Of a stretch of DNA of 64,000 bases, positions 52,353-64,000 are shown piece after piece (position 1 is the stretch's first letter; each line of letters opens with the position of its first letter). This DNA is from Tubiluchus corallicola (Eukaryota; Animalia; Priapulida): positions 620,001 to 684,000 of the forward strand of contig JAQGDQ010000021.1 of NCBI GenBank assembly GCA_030141605.1, given 5' to 3'. The position numbers were made by a program, and so were the translations under genes. A model generated the notes under the pieces. That model saw only the letters and a list, made by a program, of their open reading frames with translations, ran no database searches and had not been told where the DNA came from.

Positions 52353-55300
52353 TCATGGTCTTGAATAAGGATGTACATTAGATGCAACCTTGATGTTAGC
52401 TTTGATGCTACTTGGTGTTTTACCCAATCCACCTGAAACACGAGTCAAGTTATCAAGATAACATCTTGTTAACTGTCAGTATTGAACAGCAGTGCCACTT
52501 CTAAAATTAGTAGCACCACATTATTATGTTATTATTAATGTCACAGATTAGTTATTGATTATTACAATAGTAAGAAATTTTACTTTTCAACTTTTATCAT
52601 CTCTGTGTCACATCATCCAGCTTACATTAAATATTAAACGTACCGGGTGGCATGCCATGGTCTGTTGGCCTTTGCATTGACCCTAATCCCTGCATTCCTT
52701 TTAGATGTTTTCCAAAACTGATGGCACTAACTAGAAGGTTTGTTTCACTTTGTATGCATGTTACCGGCAGTCCTGTTTTTGAGCCTACAACAAAAAAGTA
52801 AGATTTTTAAAATAGTGCACTTACGACAAAGTATAAACTCAAATGCACCTAAAATGCATAAAAAGAAAATTGTACACTTAACACAAATAAATTTTGAAAT
52901 GACACTGTTATGCAAAACCCACAGTCCCGAGATACTTACTCGGCTGAGGCTTTAGTAAATTATCATAAACTATACACAAAAATTTACTATAGCTTAATGA
53001 ACTAAGAAAGAGCACATGCAAGCACTAAATTCTATACCTGATTCATTCTCCCAGTTCTGTTTTGTTGTGGAAACCAATTCAGTTACATGGCCAGAGATTT
53101 TGTTTATTTGAGCCACTTGTTTCTGAAATTACAGACTAATTGTTATATAGAGTAGACATGCCAATAAAATTTTATTTTTACAAAAAATCCCCCAAAACTC
53201 ACTTCAATTAATTGAGTTGCGACAACTAAGGAATTTATTAAGCCAAGCTATAACTTATATCTCCACTCACATAAATACACCTAGCTAGATCATGCAAATG
53301 CAATAGTTTCTCTTATTGGGATTTGTGCAAACATTTAGAAATAAAATCTTTAGTCACAAATAAATCCTTTATGTTAACATGACATGAAAGAAGCGTTAAC
53401 CTAGCAATCCGAGCATATGTATACTTGCACTTTTATGTATGAATAGTTATTCGTTCACACTTCTGATCAGAATAATGTGTTTTATCTGAATTTTATTTCT
53501 TTGTTTAGTTCTCATTTACCTGAGCAGCATCGTGAGCCGAATTGGCAACTTTTGCCATAATCTGCTTGTCTCGTTGTTCGACTTCAGGTTCTGGTTTTGT
53601 CCTCAGGTAATCTGGTACCACAACATGGTTGAATGCCGGAACTCGCTCCTCCGTTAATTTCTACAAAAAAAATCAATAATTTCTAAATATTTACAACTTC
53701 ATTACAGCAGATTAGGTTAGATTAGTTAGATCATTTCATTTTCACAACAGTCACCTGTATTTGAATTAGCTTTCGAACCACCTCTCCCCAGTGTGATCCT
53801 ACGTCATATTAATGGTGATAATAAAGTAAACTATATAACAATTATACCGACTTAAATGACTTCACAAATAATATAATATAATATCATATCAGTATAATAC
53901 AGAATTATGAAAATCAATAACTCTCTAAATTCCATACAAGATTCTGTTGTGAAAAGTGAAATAAATCACCCATTTTTAAATTCAGCAGTAGCATACAAAC
54001 TCACAGGACCTCCAGGAGTGTGTGTGGGTGTTTCCAAAAGCAAAAATTAAAGTACAGAGCTACTGTACAACATTTACTGTGATACACAAAAAGTGGGTTC
54101 TTGAACGTGTGCACATCACAACTGAACACCTCTGAACTGACAGGTATGACACCTGTTTTTTGTGCAACACATTCCCGAGATGCAGGCGCTAGTACCCATC
54201 TAACAGCAAAAGGCAAAATGCATGTAACAATGAAGTACTGCCACAAGAATGCAAAGTCAACATTCTGTGGTAATAATTCTTTCATATAAGTCATTCTTGA
54301 TAGGCTTAGCAGTAACTTGAATCTATGCACTCTACAATCCCGGGATTTATGATAACCACTCACCATAGCACTAAATGACTTCACTTTCTTAAAACCAGTA
54401 ATTTACTACATAATCTAGCAAATGTCTATCAAGAAAAGAGGGAATTTTCCACTTTATCAAGATAAAAATGATTAACTTTTCTGATCCTCAGAAAACTTTT
54501 TAGTAACTGGACAAAAAACTCCAGTCTTTTACTACAAACATGCAAGCTAATCATATGTTAAATGTATAGGAGTGAAAGTATGTAATCAACTTTAATTCTG
54601 GGATTACAGACCAAAAATAGCGTGACAAAACACTTCCATACATTATATGACAACCAAAACGTAGTTACCTAAAATACAGAATACTCACTATTAATTCAGG
54701 ATCGGGTTCTGGTTGTAGGTGCAATGGAAGAAGGACAAAGTTTCTAAGTTGTGGAGTTTTCTCACTCTTTAATATTTTGGAAAGCGTATTTATCTGCGAA
54801 GATATTAAGGAAAAATTGTCCAGCAAACTAGGCCTATAGAAAATCAGAGGTATCCATAAATTTTTTATTCCATTAGTAAATCATCAAGCAATCACAAAAA
54901 TAGCAAACTAACTTAACACACATATCTTTTTACTCTTTTTTTTGTTAAACTACAGTTGATTCAATTACTTATTCTGTACAACTTTTAAATAAGAAAGACA
55001 GATGGCATCTCAAATGTATACAATATTCACAGACTATAACAAAAATACAAAAGTTCATTTCATAACTACTTCTGCAGCACATTTTCATTTAACAATTGCA
55101 GCATAATATATTAGTTTACATGTCTCATCACTATTTTTGGCAAACTTATCTAATTACCAATTTAAGTCAGACTCTGACTCCAGTTTCAGCAGGAGGGCGG
55201 TAATAGAAGTCTTCAGTTCCTGTACACGGCTTAACAAAGCACCGATGACAGCTTCAAAAACTTTTTCCTCCCTCTAGAGAATACAATAGAGAATAATTGA

Positions 55301-58258
55301 CTACAAACTTAGCATAAGGTACCGATACAAAACTTCTACTATCTGATGCCATCTTTGAACTACAATGCCATGCTGTTTGCCACAATAATGAGCTCAGCCC
55401 ATACCGTTATACAATTTGCCAATCAGGCAGTACTACACATAACAAACTAGTATCTAGCACTCAATGCAGTGCCTACCAATTATTTTGATGTAGGACCAAA
55501 ATTTGCCAGCTTATTTAACACGTCAACACGATTTGACTACGTTTGGATCTGTACACAATCCTGTTGATAAAAAGACACGTCCCAGAAGCAGTTTTCGTAA
55601 TGGTCACCTATCCACTTATCAGTCAGGCCAAGTGCTGTTTTGAGTTTGGTTAGTCAGCTCATGAACAGCTACTCAGCTACTCCCCTTATTATTGTTGTTC
55701 TCACTACATGTATTACTAAATGATTTAATTAGGAGTAAAATTTAATCTCAATATTTTTACCAGTTTTTCCATAAATTTAAATGCAGAGGGCGTGCAAAGA
55801 GAGAGAGAGAAAGATTGCTAGCCTCCAGCAAAATTTGGGGCTATAATGAATGCTATGTTCTAATACAAATTCTATGATAAGTTGTATGGCAAACAATGGA
55901 TGCCATCTTGTACAACAGAAAAACTGCACACGATGGCACAAACAGCCCTTGAGTGACACACGTGTGACAATATGATGTTTAAGTTTCATATTGTTTGATA
56001 TGAAAGTTAGCAATGTGCATGTGTGGCATTTAGATGTATGAATTTTTCCATTTTGGGCAAAGGAAGTAGCTGAGAGATCACGGAACTTAACAGCATCAAG
56101 TCAGGTTTCTAAATGGTTTCATATGCCATGATTCCTACTGCTTTAGGCTATTTATCACGACTCTCATTAAAGGTGTACATATATCTGAACGGGATTAAGA
56201 TACTACCACCAGTTTAGCTGCATCTTGGAGAAATATCATTGATAAGTAGTTAGTTTCCAGCACTAGTTGTACCACTATCAACACTAACATTTAGTGCTGA
56301 ACTCTAAAAAGTAGCACAGAACTCTTATAATCCAGAGCGCCTGGTTTCGATGAATAAGCTAAGATCAAGTCTGTTGCTATACATATGTCAGTCAGTTTAT
56401 TGTGTAAAACTCATTTTTTAAATATTAAGTTTACCCTGCAAGTTTTAATCAATGGTTGTAATAATCTATCACTCTTTAGTGTGTAACACAATACAAATAA
56501 CAACAATGCTGTTGTACAAAACACTAAACTCACATCACTAGCCTGTAACACATTCTTTATTCCTTTACAAACCATGAAGATCTAATGAGTGAATCTAGTG
56601 AATATGAAAAAATGAACTGTCTGGATATTTAAAAACATTTACCAGGGTAAATGCTGTTTATTCAAGACAACGCTTGACAAACATAGAGGCTCTGTTGGTT
56701 AATTTCTTTTCATGTAAGAACAATACTGGCTTCAGTAGTTTAGAAGACAAGTACAACAGCCAGCATCAATGAATATCATTGCTGAAATAACCAGATACAA
56801 CTGGGCAGATCAGAATTATTGTTAACGAGTAAAACTGCATGTAGATGCTAAGTGTCATGAATTGCTTTATTTTTGTATCCATGATATGCAATACTTTTCC
56901 TAATAAAAAAACTGCAGGACAGCCAATCTACTAGTAGCCAGCTGAAATGGGCTAAACTGAGACACTAGTACCAGGTAGTTGCATAAGCCAATGCATTCTG
57001 TAGTCTGCTCAACTTCAGAAACAGAACTCCAGCAAATTGTTAATGCTTTCACCGATGCATAAGAAAAACTGGGTCCAGAACTTAATAATATCAGTAAAAC
57101 CAAAATTTTATTTCAAAACACAAACTGCTAAAAGCCTTCTCGACCCAAACATCAAGATTAAAGTAAAAAGGGTTAAAAATGCAAAGATTCACTTTCCCAT
57201 ATCGTGAAAGTGTACTCAGTAACCATGCCATAATTGGCAATATAGTTACTCACCATCTATACTACAATATGCAAGCTTGGACCACCATTACTAAAAAGCT
57301 GTGTTTTTGAAAATCATAATCTGGCACTAACTACAAAGCTGAGTGTATACTTTAAAAGTACTTATTCTTCCTTGCCTATAATATTTTATAGCTGCAAGAT
57401 TTGGGCAACTCACAGCCATTATCTAAAGATGCTTGAGAAGAATTCTCAAAAGTTAAATGGTCTGACAAGAATACCAATACTAGCATCCTCTAGCAAGCAA
57501 ATACATTGCATCTTAAGAGTTACGACGATGACTGCCAAGCTCCAACTGAGATGGTTCGGTCACGTTGTCAAGATAAAAAGCCATTCATTGCCTCCAAAAA
57601 AATTCAGTTTTTCTCGAAACTACGTGACTGCAAAATGGTGAACGAACAAAACATATATGGCTCAGTTAAAACTAACATCCAGTCATTTAATATAAATCTA
57701 GATCATTAGATGTACATAGGAATCTGTTTGACAGTCAAAATTACTGTCAACATAGATGATGATAATCATGACCTTTCCAAGCAGCGCCAGTTAGTACACG
57801 ATGGCGCTGATGTAAGGAAAATCCACAATATTGCCGGGCAAAAAAATAATAATACGAACAAGACATCAGCCAGCATAAAGGAAATGGCCCAGAAGCATGG
57901 CCTTGTTGTAGGTCTGCATTGTTGTGTCGGTCCCAGAATGGACTACTCAGCCACGAACGATCACATAACCGACGTTGAAAACGTATCTACTGGACAACTG
58001 AAGCATGTGATTACTGCATTCACGAAAACAAACGATGATGATGAAAATACACCGGTATCAATCAATTCAATTTTTATTTATCTCTTTATAATACTATTAA
58101 TAGTTAATAATACAACTGTATCTTAGGCTTAGTCCTTATTTCTGCAAAAAGGAGTGGTCACCTGACAGTAATACGTATAGTAGATGACCGTAGGGATACG
58201 ACATAACATGCGTCAATTACAAAGCCTAATAATAATCGTCTCCAATTACCTGTTGCAT
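52353..58258 (-). CDS. MED8: Mediator subunit 8; exons 58250-58258, 55158-55273, 54689-54833, 53520-53660, 53038-53122, 52644-52784, 52353-52432; 238 aa
   Basis: MQQ|REEKVFEAVIGALLSRVQELKTSI...[33 protein letters not shown]...TEERVPAFNHVVVPDYLRTKPEPEVE...GKTPSSIKANIKVASNVHPYSRP matches human MED8. The 9-nt first exon is less certain. Confidence 0.94.
55590..55682 (-). mobile_element. 5S-rRNA-derived (SINE3-like) remnant in MED8 intron 1
   Basis: Reverse complement ...aacagcacttggcctgactgataagtggataggtgacc resembles the 5S internal control region and the other two copies. Confidence 0.4.
57130..57700 (+). mobile_element. Decayed RTE-clade LINE 3' fragment; boundaries approximate
   Basis: LPIIFYSCKIWAT and QLRWFGHVVKI resemble the RTE ORF2 motifs LLYG.E.W and LRW.GHV.RM. 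Confidence 0.65.
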
Positions 58259-58374
58259 TGTGAAATAGTTTGGTTCATTACCAAAAAACGACTACCAGAA
58301 TCCAAACTTACTGTACTACACTCCAAATTCTTTAACAATTGACGCTCCGCGTAAGTTGACAAAAATAACTATTT

Positions 58375-59720
58375 TCAATTCAATTTTATTGTACAAATAC
58401 AATAATTTACATGGCAAAAAAATTATAATTACAAAAAAATTAAAGTACAAGAACAAATACAATTGCGCAACGTTGCAAAAACATGAGCTGGTACAATTTA
58501 CTTAAATAGCTTACCTAAATCTAATAAGAAATTATGTGATCTTATGAAATCATATTTTATGCTGCAACTACAAACAACTAATAAAAAACTAAACCTAAAT
58601 AATTAAAATGATCACAAACGAGATTAAATCACACAATCATAGCCCAAGGTTTATCCAGCATTCACAGATTACCACCAATATATAACTGCCTTTTTTATCA
58701 TATTCATTTAAGTAGTTTCCAAAGTGAATAAGGTCTTCTGCATTTGTATTTAGAAAGGCCACATTACTGAGTATACATTACTTTTTTGTAAACATAGATT
58801 ATATATTTTATGATCATATTTTTGTTTCCAGGTCTTGGTTGCTCATACGTAATTTTGTACTCTTTTGTCTTTTCTTCTTATTAGAAATAATTTTTAAATA
58901 ATCTTCTAATAATTCATAATTGATTTTTGCATGTCTGTAAAATCTTAGTTTGTTTTTGCCACCATTTTGTCTAGTATCATTATGTAGCTCTGCAAAAAAC
59001 AGTTTTCTGTACACTGATTTGAGTTTATTACCGAATTCTTTTCATCTACACCATATGTTTGAAATCTTGGAAAATTTGCCCATTTTGTATAAAGCTGTTT
59101 CACTTTTTAACTATAATAACAATGGTAACAATGGTAACTATACACATTTTTAAATAGTGTATTTCTTGGCTTTATATGTGTCATTAATAGATACTTGTGA
59201 AGAATTGTTGATGCTTTAATTAGCATAGTTTACTGATAAAAGACGGACGCCAAATTTCGCGGCCATAAAATGCTACTGTTGAGATTAGGGATTCAAATAA
59301 GAAAAGAAATATATTTACATCAAAACTGCATTGAAATGTTAAACATTTTAATTTAAATAATGACCTCATGCTTTGTTTTCTCATTGTGTCACAGTGCTTT
59401 GTGTATGAATCATTGTCTATAAAATACATTCGTAGGTTTTTCTGTTTTTAATGATGTATTGCCAAGATAGAAGTGAATATCAATGTTTTTGGATAGCTTG
59501 TTTCCAAAGATAACAACTTTAGTTTTGGGATGATTAATTTGTAAGAGTTCTGTTTTGCGTATATAGCTAGTTTGTTGATTTTATTTTTGAGCCCTTCTTT
59601 CGTCGTACTGAAAATAATGAGGTCCTCAGCATACTGTAAGCATTCGATGATTTTGTCACCGTACAAATGGGTGTTACTATAACAAAATGTTTGTACATGT
59701 GTTGCCAGGTATCTCATTAT
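58375..59720 (-). mobile_element. Decayed L2/Crack-type LINE (RT C-terminal half to 3' tail) between MED8 and SZT2; boundaries approximate
   Basis: CLQYAEDLIIFSTTKEGLKNKINKL (decayed YADD), LFESLI...YGREIW, NKLRFYR and KLRMSNQDLETK; 3' end reads AATAAAATTGAATTGAA on the minus strand. Confidence 0.75.
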
Positions 59721-60058
59721 CAAAATGTCCAGGTTACCAAGCGTTCAAACTTTCTTTCTGTTGGTCAAGTTCGATTTTAAAAATTCAGCTCTAATTGCGC
59801 TCGAACATACATGTCAGTAAGAGCTAGTGAAGCTAAAATTAAGCCAACCAAAATACGGTTGCTATAGTATGATTTTTGTGGCTTTTCAACATGCGTCGCG
59901 CAGAGTAAAGCAAACAGTAAGTCTGCGAAGATTTTGGTTATTGTACGCAGCAGTAGACAAACATGAATGTTGAAAGTTCACATTATATTTTTTTATTTGT
60001 ACTTTTTCGGCCTTCCTGAAACTAAAATCTGTCTGCTTGCGCCCAAGCACTTTTTCAA

Positions 60059-63000
60059 ATGGAGGACACACGAGAGGAAGTAAGCTTAATTAAAATCGAA
60101 TAGCCCTTTGGTTTTTAGTGTGTGCAGTGTTTCAATTAATGGTTTAATACCGCCTTCGAGTTTCAGTAGACTGCGTGACGTGAATCGCCGTTTTCAGAAC
60201 AACAGCTATTTGTGTATATTGATTCGTAGTGTTAGTGTAGTGTCTCACAAAATAATACCAATTTTGTTATTATGTTTGTGTGTCACTGCAACACAAATAT
60301 TATATAACTGTAAGTCACTGTGTAGCGTCAGGCGTAATCGACTACCAGTACTATAATTAAGTACTTTACTTTAATTACTTGTCCGCAAGCCTATTTGCCC
60401 AGTACTTTGCTAAGCAGTCGAATACTAAGTGACTGGTTTTGTATTAATGAGTGCATAATAATGTAAAACATGAAACAATCAAAATGCCTCTGAAATAATT
60501 TTCAACAAGAAAATTGCAGATTGTATGAAGCGCCTGTTTATTGCTTTAATAGGACAACCGTTAGAATATGCAGTATGTCTATGATGAACTTTTGTTAAGG
60601 TCTCTTGGCGAGCAGTGAAAAATTGAAAACATTCTCCGTAGAGCAAAAAAATGGACACCAGGCTTTGAAGAGAGGGCCCCCCTTGTCCTTGACGTATATG
60701 AAGTAGTATATGACGAGTATGAAGTATAGGCGTTAGCGATATGATCTCATTGAAGCTTGGAAATTTTTGCATGGACGCTATGATATTTTTATCCCTTCAT
60801 TGTTGTTGGAGTCCAATAGGACTGGAGAGATACCACATCTGACCATAGTTTCAAGTTAGTCAAAAGCAGATCCACTAAATCACAGAGAGTTTGGTTTTTT
60901 GGAAATTGCGTGGTCAACTCCTGTAATGCATTGCTAGCACAAGTGGTTTCGAGCATAAATAGTTGCAAGAATGGACTCGATGAAAGCTGGACTCCTCATC
61001 ACTTTTCTATACTTTAGAGAGCCTGTGGTCAGCAGTCTCACCTCCCACTAATACACGTTACAAACAATGCCAAATGCAGTTTAATACTTTCAAATGCAAA
61101 ACTTTACATCTAGGAAGAAATCAATATGAATTTAACTATATTATGTCTGACAGGTCACACATCAGATGGATGACAGATAGTTACACACACTAGGTACCAA
61201 AGAGCATTGAGGTATTTTTGTGGATGGCAACTTTTCATTCAGCCAACATATTAATGAAGTCGCCAAGAAAGCTAGAAAAAACTGGTTAATTAGAAAAGTT
61301 TTTAATTTCTTAGGTATCCCGATGTTCGTGATTCTGTGTAAAACATTTGTTTGTCTTGTTTTTGACTACAGATATTTCATATGAAATCAATCCATCCTGA
61401 TTGACTGCAGTCAGGACAGAGAAATCTCTTCAATAGTGAGTTACAAAATTAGTTCCTGCCATGGACATCTGACTTATTCAGAAAAAATGGGGAACTTAAA
61501 AAAAGTCTGTCTGAAATTTGGCCGGGTCGGTATTTTACTGATAATCAATGAGGGAATGGATATAAAGTTATTAAATGTAGATGCAGAGGCAGGAACAGAT
61601 TTGCATCAAATTCAGGATTGGAATGAGATGTCAATAGGTGGAATTTATTAACTACTAAGGCACGGTGTGTCGCTGATGCTGTGCACTTTAAATAACAACT
61701 GGTTTTGAAAAACCATTCAGATAATTCAAAAAGACCTTCACAGACTATGCAGTACAATGTATTAACAATTATAGCGTTTAACTGCATCAACAATGTCAAA
61801 AATACAATTCACCCTGATCATCAAAAGAAGCTGATAAGTAATCATTGCAGTAAAATAAACTGCCAACTGTTGACAGCAATTTAATATATAGTGTCTTTGG
61901 TACTGCACATCTATTTGTTATAAGTAATTAGTACGACTAAAAAAATTTACTTACATGTTTTTGCAGGTCTTAGAAGCTGAGCAAGTGTACTTGCTGATGA
62001 AGAAAGAATACAGACTGTCACGCAACATTCGTGCTGAGTGGTATTTCTCTCACCTCAATCAAGTGATAAGTTTGGATCATAAAAATTCATTGGTAGGTTA
62101 CTAGGTATATACAGTAGTCGCCACTTAATAGACTCACTTTAGGACCGAAGTGTTTTGACCCAGTTAACCGATTGAACCTATTAACTGAAGGGTGTAGTAT
62201 TACTGGTATAGAAGTATGAGGCATCAGCTTACGATGCACTGCAAAGGCTTTTAATCAATTTTAGAAATAAAGTAATGACTAAATTCCTTTGTGCAGTTAA
62301 AAATTATTTTAAAACATTAATACTGCCGCATCTTTGGAAGTCTATGGTACTGCTCTAAAATTTTCAGTTTCTCCGTAACTGTTAGATCTTTACACTTGTG
62401 CTCCATTTTTCAAACTTTTTAACTCTATGCCCTTATTTGCTATATGATGTTTACTCTTGTAAGTCACAAGGAATACTGGCTGATTACTGTACCAGCATCT
62501 TTGACTATTAACTCATTAATCCTGAAAGCATGATTTGCAACTAGAGCATCAAAAGGAAACTACTAGGCAAGTGATTAAATGTTTAGCTTCCAGAAATTCT
62601 TTGGGTAACGTGGTTAATTGCAGTGGGCGAGCGGGTAACAGATTCAAAGCAAAACCGCCACGCTAGTTTATTAGCGCATGATAAACGTACCTGTTTACAA
62701 ACAAAATGGTACTTAACATGATTGTTTCTACATATATAATGCACAAAAGGGAAGTAAAGATGACATAAAAGTAGGAAAGACTGTTTGGGCGCATATAAAT
62801 GTCTTATTTTACGTACGTGAAGGAAAAATATTGAGTCAATTAAGTGAAGTTATTTGAGTCAATTACCGATAGTTTTTATGTATATTTGAAAGGAAGTGGC
62901 CCGTTTCAGGCGTTTCTGAGTCAGTTAAGCGATTGAGTCTATTAAGCGGCGACTACTGTAGTTGTCTTGAACGTAATCAATCACTGCTGTAGTGTTTATG

Positions 63001-63283
63001 CCAACATAATGTACGTAATTATTAACTTGCTTCCATCTTCTATAATGGAAAAGCAGTTGCTTCTATAATTGGCATTGGCATTTTGATAAAAAAATTATAG
63101 GCTGATTGTGCTGGAGAACTGGATGTAATATCTGTGATTCCAAACCTTGACAGCTGTACTCGGCTTCCAACAGATCCATACTGTTGTCGCTACAAAGTTA
63201 TTCCTTCCACAGTTGTGACATTTTTTGCTCGACGGTACCGCATTGTTTTTGCACTAGATATTAGCCCTTCAGCTGGAGTTGTG
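60059..63283 (+). CDS. SZT2: SZT2 (KICSTOR subunit), 5' part; exons 60059-60079, 61967-62092, 63101-63283; continues beyond the window
   Basis: MEDTREE|[32 protein letters not shown]...|...ELDVISVIP...[29 protein letters not shown] matches the human SZT2 N-terminus ([30 protein letters not shown]...[27 protein letters not shown]). The first exon is inferred. Confidence 0.9.
61190..61620 (+). mobile_element. Decayed CR1-like LINE fragment in SZT2 intron 1; boundaries approximate
   Basis: [21 protein letters not shown]...LIRKVF...LCKTFV and LTYSE-like remnants. Confidence 0.55.
62112..62958. mobile_element. Complete non-autonomous Tc1/mariner (pogo-like) element with a TA target-site duplication
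   Basis: TA|CAGTAGTCGCCACTTAATAGACTCA ... TGAGTCTATTAAGCGGCGACTACTG|TA: 25-bp TIRs with one mismatch and no transposase ORF. Confidence 0.88.
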
Positions 63284-64000
63284 GTAAGTTGTAGTAAGTT
63301 TTACTTGTGTACACTTGTCATACGTAAATATGGTAATGAGTTTAACCTTATTTATCTATAGTATGAGTAGAATTCTGGGTTATGTTTATTTTACTATATA
63401 AACAAACTGGAAGCATTAGTTTTGTAATTTATTTTAAACAATCAAATTAATAAGGTCTAACAATTGTGCTTTGTGTTCTCCATTCGATCTGTTCCAAATA
63501 ATTTGGATCAGATTAGAGGCTAAACAAATTGGTGGTTGTCTGAAGCTCAAACTTCAGTATTGTAATTTACCATTAATGCTGACCAATCTAAAGACTCTAA
63601 TCTATGCAGGCATATTGTCATCCCAAAATTTTAATGTGTAAAGCAGTTTAAAATAAAATCTGGGTGTTAAGAAACTTCTATAGGTACTAAATTGCAAAGG
63701 ACCTTTACTTGTGTATTGGTAAAAGGATTGTCCCATGGTAGATATTCTCATTGGCATGTACTAGATTTGATATAAGCTACATACATATGAATATAACATC
63801 TTTTGTTTGTTATACATCACTACAGTAATTGCTTTTTATAATGTTGCTGGACACGGATTTATCAGCCATAATACAACTGTGGCGTTTAAATCTGGCATCT
63901 AAAATTGAAAAAAAAATGGTATCATTTATTAATTTAACTAATTTTGAATTACACTTGCTGTCTGCAAAAGTAAGCACACACACAAGCACATCAATTTTTT

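Noticed and set aside
59811-59816. Alternative SZT2 first exon (ATG TCA|gtaag)
   Set aside because: In phase, but MEDTREE at 60059-60079 resembles the acidic human first exon better; cannot be excluded without transcripts

Overview
AT-rich, intron-rich animal (invertebrate-like) genomic DNA; nothing here is prokaryotic and there is no CRISPR array. Splicing exons by hand gives eight protein-coding genes: SPATA6-family (+, 652-10798), TCEANC2 (-, 11335-26410), two tandem SLC5A7/CHT1-type choline transporters (+, 15294-19645 and 20414-25265), CD2BP2/U5-52K (+, 30702-33608), an XNDC1-like protein with an XRCC1 N-terminal domain, a DEK-C-like helical segment and two UBZ4-type fingers (-, 36766-47079), MED8 (-, 52353-58258) and the 5' part of SZT2 (+, from 60059). 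There is also one tRNA-Cys(GCA), plus MITEs, 5S-like SINE remnants and decayed LINEs. The main result is that both choline-transporter genes lie antisense inside one 13.2-kb intron of TCEANC2. They carry reciprocal GC-AG introns, may share a 5' leader exon, and copy B has replaced the conserved WY substrate-pocket pair with FC, which suggests a changed substrate. Also notable are the head-to-head MED8/SZT2 pair, which matches the human arrangement, and a GYF-to-GKF change in CD2BP2. Gene identities rest on recalled similarity to human proteins; no database search was run.
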